This document shows, piece after piece, positions 1 through 13,113 of a stretch of DNA of 64,000 bases (within the stretch, counting starts at the first letter, position 1; every line of letters starts with the position of its first letter). The stretch comes from Pseudovirgaria hyperparasitica (lineage: Eukaryota). Location of the stretch: NCBI GenBank assembly GCA_010093815.1, contig ML996569.1; one strand, given 5' to 3'. The notes under the pieces were generated by a model. That model was not told the DNA's origin. It saw nothing but the letters and a program-made list of their open reading frames with translations, and made no database searches. The position numbers and the translations under genes were made by a program.

Positions 1-468
1 ATATCTTCACGCGTCAGGCCGTCCTTGTTGCCCTCGCTGGCCAAGAACTCGGTAATCGCTTGAGCTGCCTCGCGCTCGTTGTGGTACATCTGAGCCGAGT
101 CGATTCTAGAAGACCAGGGGGGGTTGTCTCGTCAATGGTTACACCTCTCTGCGAGCACCACAGCTTGGCTCAAACCTACCCTCGATACCCCGCCTGTTCT
201 GTCAGTCAGAAAGAGAGATACACACACGGACCACAATCTTTTTGCATGCATAATATAATAGCAAGAGTGACAGACCTCCAGAGCCCACCTGACAGCCCTC
301 ACCGTCTCATTGCCTGACGTGAGATAGACGCCAAGCTGGATCTGAGGCATGCTCAGGCCATTTGACAACTCGGCCAGTCAGCCGGAAACTCTCCGTTCAA
401 AAGGGAGTTCTTGCAGTGGCGAGGCTCACCGTGACACGACTAGCTAGCGAGATGGATTGCGCGGCCAT
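1..468 (-). CDS. Aldo/keto reductase, 5' part (runs off window start); spliced
   Basis: ATG at 468; spliced translation [54 protein letters not shown] matches the AKR N-terminus (GYR.IDsA.xY.NE); GT-AG introns including a 14-nt micro-exon (~180-193). Confidence 0.9.
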
Positions 469-2608
469 GGCTGGTGGTGGTAATGAGATAGATGTTGGGT
501 AATAGACAAATGCTTTTTTATTTATTTATTCTGATTAGCGGAAGATGATGGCGGCGACTGAAGGAAGAACCCCGCTGGCCTTGTAAAGGATGCGAGACTG
601 TCAGACGATGATGATGAAAGATGTATATGACACGGGACGGCGAATCTCATGATATGACGTCGTATTGCGTGTTGACGGTGTGTCTAAAGGTTGTCCAGGG
701 TGTCGCCTCATGCAGTGGATGCTGCTGATCTGCTCTCGCGGTCCCGGGAGAGTGGGTAGCGGATGCGGTAAGGCGGTAAGGCGGTAAGGCGGCAAAGCAA
801 GCGGTAGGTAAATGTAGGTACAGTACATGCTGTAAGTAGCCCATAGCTTCTCTGCAGGGCCACGCAGGGTTTATACTGATTAATTACAGTGTCACTTTTC
901 TTTGCAACTCGTGGGATTCTCATCCTGGAACGAGGTGAGATGAGATGTTGCTTTGCTTTCTTGCCCTGCTCTGGTTGCGCAATCGATACACACATACACA
1001 TACATACACATACGTACACGTTACTCGACTCAGCTGCGATGGGATGGCGACGTCTTGGCTGACTGGAGGCGAGAGCTGAGCAGGAAGCATAGAAGCTGAG
1101 GTGACGTCCTCATATCCCTTTCACAAGCGTGCATACAGAGATCTCCGTGAGGCTGCAAAGGAAGGCGAAACGGAGCGTGCCCGTACGAACGAAAGAAAAA
1201 AAGCCCTTACACAACTGACGTGCGGCTCTACAATATGCAAACCTTCGGGCAAAAGCATCTGATGAATGGGGTGGTGGATGATGACTTCAATTTCTGATCA
1301 CTCATCATTTTCACCTGGACATGCCAATCATGCATTGCCTGGACGCGGCAAGGTCCAAAATGCTGGTAATAATAATGGCGGGTGAATAGACAGCTTCAGG
1401 CAGAGCGAAGATCCCCTATTTCGGCTACCCCGGTGGGACCTTTTACGCCTCACGCACGCCCGTCGACCACCTTGAAGATCTGCGCATCCGTCCGTCCTAT
1501 CCATTCATGCGTCCATTCATGCGTCTATCCATACCACAGGGCTTCTCTCCTCACATCATCATCATTATCATCAGCAAATCACAGGCAATATCCCGTGTTG
1601 TTGCCCTGTCAGTCCGTGGCGACTACAGTACACGCCCGTAGCTGTGCTTTGATCATTGACTCTGATGATGACGACGACGACGATGATTGATGCTGGTCAT
1701 GAATGAATGAATGAACAACCGCCTCGTTCTCGCCATCGTCCAACCATCTCTTCAGCTTATCGCTGCTGCAACAGTTTCAATATTGCAAGGCGATATTGCG
1801 CACGCACCGACTTGACGACTACAGTGCAACATCAAACACCTACAGTCTCGACATGAATCATCTGCTTGATTAAGCATACAATAATTAGATTGGTCTATTG
1901 AGCGCAAGCCACTTCGCCTTGAAATTTAACCTGTACCTTAACCCTGGAGTGGGGCCAGGGCGGGAAAAGACTGGCGTGGGTGTCCCAGGTCCTTTGTTTG
2001 TCGACCTTTTTCTCCCCCCCCCTGCCTGTGCTGGTGGTGGCTAATTATGGGGAATTTGTTGGTTTTCGAATGGGATCAAACAACCTCCATTCGCCAATCG
2101 TTCTTCAGCTTCAATCTGCCAGTCATCCCGTTGGCTCCCAGTCTTGCGCATCTCGACCATCAGTTACACAGGAATAAGCACTGCTTTTGGACTGGCGATA
2201 TATAGTCCTCCGCGTTTGCCGGCCTCGATTCGTTCTTTCAGGCCAGGCACTAAACTAGTTGCCGTCATCATACACTACGAGACGAGACGACAACGCCGGC
2301 CGCTGATGCTTCCAAGCTTCCATCTGATCCATCCCCTCGGATTTATTTTCCCTAATCACTGCCATACTCCATCTTCTACATCCTGGTTCACGACTTCACT
2401 TTTTGCTACCTACTGCAGGTCACGCGACTGTCCTGACCCACTAATCGCCTCAACATCCCGCTTCTAGAGCTTTGCTGTCTAGATCCGCCTGCCGTTTGTG
2501 TGAGTCTGCGCTCGCCAACCTCTTTCCATCACTTCATACACATTTCTTATATTATTCCCGTACCAGTCCCAGAAAAATCCGCTTCTAATTGGCGGCTCAG
2601 GCTGTGAT

Positions 2609-3352
2609 ATGTCCTCGAGCTACTTCACAAGCGAAAACCAGGGGCTTCAACCACGACCACCAGGGGAACCGCCGTTTGCCCGTCCCTCTCCAAGTGGATC
2701 CGACGCTGGAATGACGGGCGATCCTCAGTTCGACATCTTCGAATGGCATCCCGCATATCAGAGCTGCCAGCGCTACTTTCTCGACCACGCCCAGCATGAC
2801 GGCAGTGTCCAGGCAGTCGCCGCTCTCGTCAACATCGCTCTACCCTTTCAATGGGCCCAGAGTCCCATCTCAAACTCCTCCGCTTCTCCCATGCCCGGCG
2901 CAAATCTCGCACCATATCAACAGCACTACCAACGACCAGGACCTTCGCAAGGGACCCAAAGGCCTGGAGCCGGTCTCGCATGGGTCTCACTCGTGCCCTA
3001 CATTCGCCGCCTGATAGTCACGGGATTCGACAGCGCAGGCGTCCTCCATGGCTTCTTCGGCGACGAGTGGAAGAAAGGCATCGGCCCCGTGCAGGAATGC
3101 GAGAGGCGCAACTACCTGTTCGCCGCCAAGAGCGTTGGCTGGGCCAAAGTCAAATGCCAGTACGACATGTCTCCACACGAGAGCGTGCCCTTCCTGAAGC
3201 CGCTCCAGAACGTGCAGCTAGCCGAGATTGAGGGTGCGGAGAAGACTTGGAGCCAGTGGCTTGCGATGGAGGACTGGATGGTTGGGCCTCGTGCGCCCGT
3301 CGCGATGGATGAGGGTGGTCCGTCGAGGCCTCGCCCGAGCCAGGAGTTGTAA
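2609..3352 (+). CDS. Conserved fungal hypothetical protein (247 aa), single coding exon
   Basis: Clean ORF with coding-like codon usage; globular segments PQFDIFEWHPAYQSCQRYFLDHAQH and YIRRLIVTGFD..ERRNYLFAAKS; probable 5' UTR intron (GTGAGT ~2500 to CAG 2600). Confidence 0.85.
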   Translation: MSSSYFTSENQGLQPRPPGEPPFARPSPSGSDAGMTGDPQFDIFEWHPAYQSCQRYFLDHAQHDGSVQAVAALVNIALPFQWAQSPISNSSASPMPGANLAPYQQHYQRPGPSQGTQRPGAGLAWVSLVPYIRRLIVTGFDSAGVLHGFFGDEWKKGIGPVQECERRNYLFAAKSVGWAKVKCQYDMSPHESVPFLKPLQNVQLAEIEGAEKTWSQWLAMEDWMVGPRAPVAMDEGGPSRPRPSQEL

Positions 3353-3895
3353 AGTCTGTTTGTTGGTTTGGTTTGAGACTGCATACTATGACCCGGCGTT
3401 TTGATACACGATAGGATGGGATGGCATGGTATTGGCGTTTTATGTGATTATTTTCATTGAGAAAGACACGCGTGTGAAGTCGCGCGTGGTCTTTTTCCTT
3501 TTTCGGTGTAACAATACTTTCGTTTGGGGCAATATGCTGATGCTTTTACATTCTGATGAGTTGCCAGTCTTACTCGTTTGTGCTTATTTTATTGTAGAAA
3601 CCTTGGTCTCACAGCTTGAGTTTCGTGTTGATAGACGATGGATGGCAGGGCGAGGCGAAACGGCACTAGTTCCAACTTTCCTTCAAGAACCCCACGTGGA
3701 CTTGCACTTACATAATCATGCACCCAACTTGAACCCTAGCCATTCTCCAATAACTAGCGTCTACTTAATTAACTGGTATTTTATATTTGGTATCACTATA
3801 GTTTACCTGCACAAGCTGGACGACACTCTAAGGACTGTGCCCTCACCTCTAAACTCACCTCACCGTTTTGGCTACATCAATCTCACGCTCTCCTC

Positions 3896-6800
3896 ATGGA
3901 CTCTCCTGTGAAGGAAGAACCCCCATCCGAGGTATGGGCGCGCTTCGTCAACAATTGTCTCGCAATGCGCGTGCGTCCCGAGAGGTTTGATGCCCTCTCC
4001 CAGAAGTTGATCGTGAATTCGCCAATCGAGGGCCGGTTCCTCGCCAATATTGTCTTGCGCCCACAAACTCCAGGTTACGAGTTGATGGATCCTTTGGTTC
4101 TTGGATACCTCGAAAAGGCTCTTTCCCGTGATCTGATCGATGCTGGCGACATCCTGCTCTCACTCTTCCGGTGGTCCAAGGATCGGCCATATAACAACGA
4201 CGAGGACAAGAACTCTGCTGAGGCACATCGACGGAACCCACCTCGCCTGGATGAGCTTGTGCTGCATCACTTGGCGAGGGTGTTTGCCGACTCCCAGCGG
4301 CCCAAAAGCCCGCCTGAAGCGCGTCGGACTCTCATTCTGGTTACGAAGTGGATGGTTGCCATGGTCGACCTTCACCATAAGGACTCGATGCTGCAAGCGA
4401 TGAACGGTGCTGAGCATACCCATCGCATCGTTGCTCGGGACGCCTTGGGCCAGCTTGCAATCGCGCTCTTGAGCAATGCCAGAGTGGTTGGGATCATGAA
4501 CAATAGAATCTTCCGCAAAGGTTCGTTTCAAAATCTGTGCTGGTGGTGAATTTGGTCACTAGCCGGAGCCGTCTCCTGACTGACAGATCACAGGCGAAAA
4601 GAAGAGCCTGGCGCAGGCTGTTTCGACCTTTGTACCATTTCTGGCACAGATCTCGATCAATACGTCCAGTCGTCTGGCTGAGCTGCAGAAAAGTCATGAC
4701 TTAGTCGAAGAGCCTTTGAACGATATTGTTGGCGACAAAGAAGCCAATGACCTTGCTGTCGCGACGATGCAGCTCCAGTCCGTGGCGGAGTTGCCAGTGA
4801 TTAATTCACGATCTGGTCTGTTCATCTTCTTGAACTCTCTGGTAAGTGTAGTCAAACTGACCGACTGAGCGGATGCCTGACTACAACAACAGCTTGTTGG
4901 ACGCCCTCTGACCGATGACACGACCATCCTGGTGTATCTCAGTAATCGCTACAAGGTATGCATCACGTGTCGAATGGTGTACGCGTCTAGAATTTTAGTG
5001 TTGATATGATGCAGGGAGATGCTCAAAGATCAACAGTCGATCTAATCACGGCCGCCTTCGATGTCCTTTCGAACGGCAACAACAGGCACGAGTCGCAGAT
5101 TCACATGTTCAACCTTCGATCGTTTCTGGTCAACAAAGTTCCAACGATCATCGCCACCCTCTCGCACTCGATGTTTCCACCTCTGACACCTGAGTTCTGC
5201 ATCACACAAGCTCTGGCACACATTGATCCAAACTCATTCCCTTCACTCGCACATGCGAGCTTCGATGTTGCCGCTGGCGACAATCCTCTGATGGACGTTC
5301 GACAAGACTTTCTCTTTGCCTGCGCTTTACATCGGCTCCTACCGGTTGAAAGTATTGAGCGACTGTTGGGTGAGCAGCCAATGTCTGATCTGCCCTCCGG
5401 TGGAGCATACACGAAAGGGGCCTTGGTCTCCCAGTGTTCGGCCAACCCGGAGCGAGTGGAGGAGCTACTGAACGAGATCGAACGGATGGACGGCAACGTA
5501 GGAGCTATTGCGATTGCAATTACTGAGGTAAGTCATTCTTATTTTCCAGAAGTTTCACACTAACATACACCTTTCGAAGGTCGTTCGAAATCTTTGCGCT
5601 TCCAAGGAAACCATGTCACTCAAAGCAGTCTGTAACGGACTGTCGCGGCGGCCAAAGGCTCTTGACATCATCCTGCAATACACATCACCGACCAGTATCC
5701 TGCAGCCTCTTTGCCATATGTTGGACGCTTGGAGACACGAGGAAGACCAAGGGGAGTACCAGCCAGTATTTGACGAGTTTGGTGCCATACTATTACTGGT
5801 CCTCGCGTTCGTACATCGCTTTGACTTGACTGCCCAGGAGCTGGGCCTCAATAATGACTCTTTTGTCGCACAGCTGCTACAGCGCGGACACATCAGCATA
5901 AAGCAACGCGACTTGACCCCGGAGCAAGGCAAACACCTGGCGGGTTGGGTCAACGACCTTTTCGGAAAGGATGGAGTAGATCAGGTGTTGAGGACTTGTG
6001 GTCCGCAGGAATTCTATCAGCTTGTTCCAACATTTTTCAGCCAGACAATGATGGCGTGCGCCGCAGACGTGCTGCCGTTGAAGACGGTGGAATCTGGACT
6101 TGAATGTAAGTTTGGTCAACGTTATGGACTGCATAGCTTATTGACATGTGAATGCAGACTTGCTTGAGACGTTTCTTCTGCCTTCATTAGTCGGTGCGTT
6201 GAGGTGGATGGCAGCTCGCGCACTTCAAAAACCTGGAAAAGAGATCGTAGTCCTGATCCAGGTCTTCAACAAGCTCATGAGACCATCCTCGATATCGGGC
6301 GATGCACAGGCAATGCACAACACCATCTTGTCCATCGTCTCGAAACAATTGCAGGCATGTTTCCAAGTCCTCCGGAAACACAAGCAGCTCGCCAAAGAAA
6401 TCGAACCGCTTATTGAACGGCTCAAGCCACATCTGAAGTACGAGCGAACGGCATACAGCTCCGTCAGTGAAATTGAGACGTGGACCTCACATTCCAGCAC
6501 ACTTTGCCAGGTGATACGTGGCAATATACAACAACTTATTTCCTGGGCTACGAACGCGACCCGGGTTCTTGTCAGCCCTCCGCCCTACCCTGCGCGTCTT
6601 CTACACGTCGCCGAAAGAATCCTCGGGCCGAGCAAAGTCCTGCGCGCCATCATCGACGAGGTCAGAGCCCAGACGGACACCGGTCATGGGGAGTATGCGC
6701 TTGATATTGGGGTCTCGATGATCTGCGCAGTCTCGACCGACAACAGCCCGCTGTCTGTAGACTGGCTCACGTCGCCGGTACCGTCACCACATGTCCCTCG

Positions 6801-7221
6801 CACACGACCAAACCTGCGCGACATGCTGAAGGTGGAGCTCGATGAAGCGGCGGATCTGATAGCTAGCGATCCACTTACAGCGGAAACGATTGTGCGCTTG
6901 CATCGGCGTGTCGAGGCACAGCTGGCTGTGTCCGCCTTACCGGATCTCTCTACCACGGTGATTATACAGGACATGCATATCGATGTAGACGTCCCATCCG
7001 ACAGCAACAACGCACAGCAGAATGGCATGGACTCTATCAACTTGGGTGGCAGCACAGACGACATGATGTCCGGCTTGGGCGATCTCGGTGGCGATACTGG
7101 CGATGCGACAAACCATGGTGGAGACTTGGATCTGGGAGATCTTGGAGATATGGACAATCTAGGGGATATTGGAGACATGGGAAATATGGACATGGATGAG
7201 ATGTTCCCGGATTACTTTTGA
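3896..7221 (+). CDS. MED5: Mediator complex subunit 5 (Nut1/Med5), multi-exon
   Basis: ORFs 3896-4549, 5006-5563, 5613-6167 and 6148-7221 plus small exons join through GT-AG introns; segment LDAWRHEEDQGEYQPVFDEFGAILLLVLAF recognised as fungal Med5. Confidence 0.85.
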
Positions 7222-7601
7222 GGGGCGGGCATATATATCATCGCAAGCTTGTAGATGGATCTCTGGTCAGGTTACTATTACAAGAGATATAACACAATAT
7301 TACAGTATATCAATGGTAAAGAAATGGAAATAGTTCAACAAGCAATCGTCAGGCCCGGTTTAAATGAGGCCGACACGTCCAGCTGCATTGAGTCAGTACA
7401 GCCGACAGAGCCCCGAGGCCGAGATCCGCGCACGGACCCAAGGTCAGCGTGGGGAAGCTCCGTAGCACATCACATCATCTGGTCTGAACAACACCTTGAT
7501 GACTGTTCACATCGGACAACCATACTTCTCGTGCATGTAGCTTGGGATACTCCATCGTATGCTGAGCATCCCACCGTTCTTCTCCATTCCTCCTCCCAGC
7601 A

Positions 7602-8941
7602 ATGGCGTCCAAGGCATTGCGGCCAGCCGTGCGACCGCGACTCCCGATTCCCAACACTACGACGTCCCACATCAGACCCCGAGACCTCAATTGCAGATGT
7701 ACAGCAAAGCGGAGATGCTACAGCAGCGAAGCCCCCGCCAGTAAACGACGACCGAAAACAGCCCTCTTCTTCCCAGGTACGCGCGAAACCCCAAAGCCCA
7801 TCATCCCATCACCCTTCCCAAAACCCCCTCCAAACTAACCACCATCCCCGGCTACCCCTTAGGCCAAGGCGTACAACGAGTCGGCATGGCCGACCTCTGG
7901 GTCTCCGCCTTCCCAGCAACCGCCAAACCTCTCCTCGACGAAATCGACTCCGTCCTCCAAATCCCCCTCTCCACCATCATCGCCTCCGGCTCCAACGCGG
8001 TCCTCACACAGACGGAAAACGCCCAGCCGGCCATCATGGCCGTCAGCGTGCTAGTCATGCGCATCCTCGAGCGCGAATTCGGCTTCGCCACGGGCGAGCG
8101 CATCGACGTGGTGCTGGGCCACTCGCTAGGCGAATTCGCGGCGCTCGTGGCGGGCGGATACTTGCGCTTCGACGACGCGCTGCGGCTGGTGCGCACGCGC
8201 GCCGAGGTCATGGCGCGCTGCAGCCGCGAGGCCTTTGAGCAGGAAGGCAGCGAGTTTGGCATGATTGCGCTGGTGTGCGAGAACCAGGCGCGGATGGAGG
8301 CGCTGCTGGACGGGATCCAGGAGTTTCTGGGCTTGGCGGGCCCCGGGGCGAAGAGCGATAGTGCGGACGATACCCCCGCGGTGCGCCAGGTGATGGTGGC
8401 GAATATCAATAGTAAGAATCAGATTGTGCTGAGTGGGAATGTGGAGCGGATGCAGACGCTGCTGGCGCATCTGAGGCAGTTTGGTGGGCATGATCCGCGG
8501 AGTGTGCGGCTGAAGGCGGATACGCCGTTTCATAATCCGCTTATGATGCCGGCGCAGGAGACGATGAAGCGGGTGCTTGGGCGGAAGAGCGGGTTTAGCG
8601 GCGGGGATATGGTGGCGTGGCCGGGGCTGATGCCGTGTATTTCGAATGTGACGGGGCGGCCGTTTCGGGACCGGGAGAGTTTGAAGGACTTGCTGTCGCG
8701 GAGCTGTGTCGAGACGGTGCAGTGGTGGAGTAGCATCAAGTATCTGGACCAGGAGGAGAAGGTTCGGCGCTGGATCGGGGTTGGGCCGGGCAAGGTGGGC
8801 AGGAATCTGGTGGGCAAGGAGGTGGGCATGAAGGGCGCGGTCAAGGGCGGGGGCGTCTGGGGTATTACGGATCCGAGGGAGATTGAGATTTGTCTCAAGG
8901 GGTTGGAGGACACGGAGAATGTGGAGGACGAGGAGGACTGA
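7602..8941 (+). CDS. MCT1: Mitochondrial malonyl-CoA:ACP transacylase (FabD/Mct1); intron 7777-7862
   Basis: Arg-rich presequence; FFPG|QGVQ across the intron; TENAQPAI; catalytic GHSLGE; ANINS..QIVLSG; PFH motif. Confidence 0.92.
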
Positions 8942-10140
8942 TGGGCGGGCGTTGACGTTGCACTTGTCTGGCTGGCTGTCTGTCTGTCTGTATACGTACA
9001 ACATCGTTCCTCGGCCTCTCTCATGCTCCCGTTCGACACTCCCAAACGCCAACCCGGAATCAACAGCAACGGCAAGGCCTGTTGTACTCGGTTGCATTCA
9101 TCGCCAGAGGCACATACATCGTACCAAATCAACTCGGTCTCCCCGCCAGCACAGCACCAAACTCAGTCAACTGCCGTATCACGTCCTCGCCATACCGCCG
9201 GCCCTAGTCCGTCAGCAACAGGCCCAGCATGACGAAGTTGATCCTGAATCACGGGGCAGTGATAGTGGTGCTGGTCAGTGAGTGAGCGGAATTGGGGTTG
9301 TGAAATGGCTGATGTCAGGCGTGAGGTCTGTATGACTAAGTAGTCTTGTGCAATCAGGTATTATTATCAAAAGGCAAAGTAAGTGAATTGGCTGCCTGGA
9401 AGCTGTAGCTGTAGGTCGCTACCCTAATGGTGGAAGCACAACAACGTGGAATCGTGTAGTTTACCCCGCATTTTCTGCTGAACCTGCATGGCGGGGGACG
9501 GGCTGCTGGGTATACATTTATATATTGGGTACTTTGACGGTGTTTGTATTTGTATATGAGTATCGATGTCGATTGAGGGTTGTTTCTTGGTATTGTTCAC
9601 ACCAGCCGTTAGTCGGCGCCTTAGGCGCATTAGTTGTTATGTACGTCTATTTACCCTTCTACCCCAGATTATTCAGCAGGCCTGTCCTTGTTTCTGCAGA
9701 CCCCGCGTTTTGGACCCGATGGGATTGAGCGCTGCACGAGTCATTGTTTTTGTAGCTCACGGCGCGTGCATCATGTACGTGCATACATACGTGCATAACA
9801 TACTGTAATTACAAATCTGTATCTATATCTACATACGGATGAGTGTTGTATAGCGTCTCCTTGGCTCATGTCCATCCATGAAACCCACTCCCCCCCCTGC
9901 CGACGAGCCGCTAGTTAGTGCATATGCCCTCGAAACACTCACTCTATTCTGATATCACCATGCGCCACTTTTGTTCTTAGGCTGTTCTGGATTCGACTGC
10001 GCTGCTGTGTACTCTCCGCTTTCCACTGTCCACTGTCCACTATCCACTATCCACCTCTCCCGCCTGGCATCTTCACCAACTCTCTCTCTTTTGAGATTCT
10101 GTCTCTCGTGGTCAGTCATGTCCGGATCTCCGAAACGACA

Positions 10141-12657
10141 ATGAACGCTGCTGCCTTTGTACCCTCGCCGGACCAGGCCTCGCCCGATGTCCGGCATGCC
10201 CGCTCACGATCTGAGATCGAAGACGGTCATCCTGTTGGCCTTGAGCATCGAACGCGCCTTAACTCTAATCAATCCCTCGATAGACCTAGCTTCAAGCATC
10301 GCCGTGTTCATGGCAAGGCCCTTGATCTCGGTCTTCAGTCTGCCATTCCGGAGGAGGGATCGACCTCGCCGCCGACGTCTCAGAGCCCATCTTCGGCCTC
10401 GCGTCCGGATCTAGACATGATGCATCCGACCGTGTTCAGGGCCGCCCATAAACTGAGCTCCATCAATTGGATCGGGAGCTCGCCCATGTTCGGCCACATG
10501 CCCGACCTCCAGGACCACATGGACAGCCAGCCGGACATCTCGTCTGCCATCCCAAATGGCACTTTTAATTCTTCGTCGTTGCTGCCGCTGAATAACAGTC
10601 CCCTGGCGCTGCTAGACATCAACAGCGCATACCATGCCGGGAGTCCGGCGAGTGCCAACCAGGGGAAGAAGCGGCAGGGCTACTACTACGTCGACGGCGG
10701 CGGTGCGAGGCTTCCGAGGGTCAAGAAGCGGAGGCTGAATGTCGATGCGTTCGAGTATCCGCCGCTGGACATCCAGTCGCCCGGTGACTTCTACTTTGCT
10801 ATTCCGCACATTCCTGAGTCGTCGTCTGCGAAACCCAGGGTCGACTTTGTCACTTATACTGCCATAACCGCGGCTTTTCGAGACCATTGCATCCACAACA
10901 CCTTGCTCCAGCCGTGCTTCGAGGACACGCCTTTCATACCGCTGAATACGATGAATCATCTGATTGACCTCTACATTGCCCACATGCACCCACTACTGCC
11001 CTTTCTGCACCTGTCTTCCATGGACCTGAATCAGTGCTCGTGGGTTCTCGCCCTCGCCGTCGCCACGTTCGGCACTCACTTCCTCAACGACCCGCAGTCC
11101 CGCAACCTGAACATCGCCATGCAGGAGTTCCTCCGCCGGGTCCTCCTGACCACGCACGCAAACCTCGACAAGACATCACAGTCCAAGTTCGAAGAGCTCT
11201 GGCTGGCCCAAGCAAGCCTGCTCTCCTGCCTCGGCGGCTTCTTCTCCGGCAACGCCAGGCTGCATCGCAACGCATACAACGCCCGCTCCGCTCTGTGCGC
11301 ATTCTGCATCGAGTCCTGGGCTCTGCCAGACTACATCGAGGAGGACCGCCCCGAGGGCCACGACGACTCCATCTGGCTGAGCTGGTGCTTCAACGAGTCC
11401 GTCCGCCGCACCGGCTACGCAATCTGGCTCCTCGACAGCATGCTCGCCTACGAAATGGACTACTCCCCTCTCCTCAGCCTCGCTCACGCCAAAGTCCCCC
11501 TCCCCTGCCCCGAAATCATGTTCGACGCCCGCAACCCAAGGGAATGGCTCACCCTCTCCAGACTCGCCACCCCGATGCCCTCCCTCATCGTCGCCTGCGA
11601 ACTCCTCTACACCAAAAAACACATCAACATCATCACAGGCGAGTACTCCCGCGTCCTCCTCATCCACGCCATCTTCCAGCGCACCTGGGACATCGAGCGC
11701 TACATCCGCCAGCCCCTCAGCCACCTCGTCCCCATCTCCTCCATCTCCTCCTCCTCCCCCTCTTCCTCCTCCGCAGCCGCCACCCGCTCTGCAATCCCAA
11801 CCACCACCTCCTCCCCCTCCACAACCCCCCCCAGCATCCTCCCCAGCGCCTCCCTCCACTCCGCCTGGCTCAACGCCGCCTGCGCCGCCCTCAACGTCCT
11901 CCACTGGGGCGCAAACGCCTGCGTCGCCGCCCAGTCCGGCACCGAACACCCCACCATCCTCCACCTCCACCTCGCCCACATCGCCCTCCTCGCCCCGCTG
12001 CCCCACCTCGCCCGCCTCGCCTACCACATCGCCGGCATCACCCCCTTTCGCTGCCCCGCCGACGAAGAGCACGCCAGAGCTGTCGTGTTGGACTGGATCC
12101 GCGGCGAGGACGCGCAGGATAGAGCCCGGCTGGCGGTTATTCGTGCGGGGGGCATCTTCTGGCATGTTCGGCGGTATTCGTCGTCCGGGTTTTATGAGCC
12201 GGCTGCGGTGTTTCATGCTACGCTTGTGTTGTGGGCTTATAGTTTCTTCGCGAGGCCTGCGCACTACCATCACCACCACCCCTCTCATCCATCTCACCAC
12301 CCCGCACACCCCGTGCAATCGCCCTCCTCAGACACAGAGGAATCAGAAGTAATTAATCTGGATCGTCCGCTGGACGATGAGCTGGCGAGTGCGTTTGTGA
12401 GGCGTGGCGCGCGGATGAGGGCGTATTTAACTGGGGTGGGCGGTTTGGCGGATGAGGGTAGTGCCGCGAGGGTTGTGAGGAGGGGGGCCGGGTTGGTGAG
12501 GGGGTTGGTGGCGATGTGGGGGTATGGGTGNNNNNNNNNNNNNNNNNNNNNNNNNNNNNNNNNNNNNNNNNNNNNNNNNNNNNNNNNNNNNNNNNNNNNN
12601 NGGGTGAGAGGAGAGGCTGAAGGGGTAAGGAGGGGTGAGGGGAGAGAGGGGGGATGA
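10141..12657 (+). CDS. Fungal-specific transcription factor domain protein; 3' end uncertain because of assembly gap
   Basis: LYIAHMHPLLPFLH, W..W...ESVRRTGYAIWLLD and LPCPE..F motifs of the Fungal_trans region; first ATG at 10141; N-gap at 12531-12601. Confidence 0.8.
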   Translation: MNAAAFVPSPDQASPDVRHARSRSEIEDGHPVGLEHRTRLNSNQSLDRPSFKHRRVHGKALDLGLQSAIPEEGSTSPPTSQSPSSASRPDLDMMHPTVFRAAHKLSSINWIGSSPMFGHMPDLQDHMDSQPDISSAIPNGTFNSSSLLPLNNSPLALLDINSAYHAGSPASANQGKKRQGYYYVDGGGARLPRVKKRRLNVDAFEYPPLDIQSPGDFYFAIPHIPESSSAKPRVDFVTYTAITAAFRDHCIHNTLLQPCFEDTPFIPLNTMNHLIDLYIAHMHPLLPFLHLSSMDLNQCSWVLALAVATFGTHFLNDPQSRNLNIAMQEFLRRVLLTTHANLDKTSQSKFEELWLAQASLLSCLGGFFSGNARLHRNAYNARSALCAFCIESWALPDYIEEDRPEGHDDSIWLSWCFNESVRRTGYAIWLLDSMLAYEMDYSPLLSLAHAKVPLPCPEIMFDARNPREWLTLSRLATPMPSLIVACELLYTKKHINIITGEYSRVLLIHAIFQRTWDIERYIRQPLSHLVPISSISSSSPSSSSAAATRSAIPTTTSSPSTTPPSILPSASLHSAWLNAACAALNVLHWGANACVAAQSGTEHPTILHLHLAHIALLAPLPHLARLAYHIAGITPFRCPADEEHARAVVLDWIRGEDAQDRARLAVIRAGGIFWHVRRYSSSGFYEPAAVFHATLVLWAYSFFARPAHYHHHHPSHPSHHPAHPVQSPSSDTEESEVINLDRPLDDELASAFVRRGARMRAYLTGVGGLADEGSAARVVRRGAGLVRGLVAMWGYGXXXXXXXXXXXXXXXXXXXXXXXXXVRGEAEGVRRGEGREGG
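12531..12601. other. Assembly gap (71 N)
   Basis: Run of n in a G-rich low-complexity context. Confidence 0.99.
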
Positions 12658-13075
12658 GGAGAGGGATTGGGAGAGAGGGAGTAAGGAGGGGGTAAGGAGA
12701 GGGAGGAGGAGGGGGTATATCTAGAGTCTACCGATATAGGTAGGATTTATTACTTGGTAGTATAACTATAGGAGAAGAGAAGAGAGGAGAAGAGAGGAAA
12801 GGGAAGGGAATGTAATGATATAGTATGGAATGGAGTAGCACATATGGTATGGCACGGAATGAATGGCACGTATGGCATGGTATGGCATATATGGCATATA
12901 CTCCACCTATGCCTAAACCATACAACACAAACACAGCAGTTATAAGCACGGCAGTCATAAACATCATAAACACAAACACACACCCCCAACACAACCGCAA
13001 CATACCACCCAGCACCTACCTCTCCTTCTCCTCCTCCTCCTTAAATGTCATGCTAATTTTTCACATACTAGCTAA

Positions 13076-13113
13076 GTAGGTAGGTAGGTAGGTAGGTAGG
13101 TACTAGGTAGGTA
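13076..13113. repeat. (TAGG)n microsatellite
   Basis: Seen directly. Confidence 0.9.

Noticed and set aside
609..729. Possible C/D box snoRNA (ATGATGA..CTGA)
   Set aside because: The C box is part of a (GAT)n microsatellite; no recognisable rRNA guide
7255..9281. Long alternative-frame and antisense ORFs over MCT1 (327, 323, 200 aa)
   Set aside because: Shadow ORFs from GC-rich codon bias; low-complexity R/P/H translations
11034..12318. 362 and 380 aa ORFs overlapping the fungal TF
   Set aside because: By-products of extreme C skew in the real CDS
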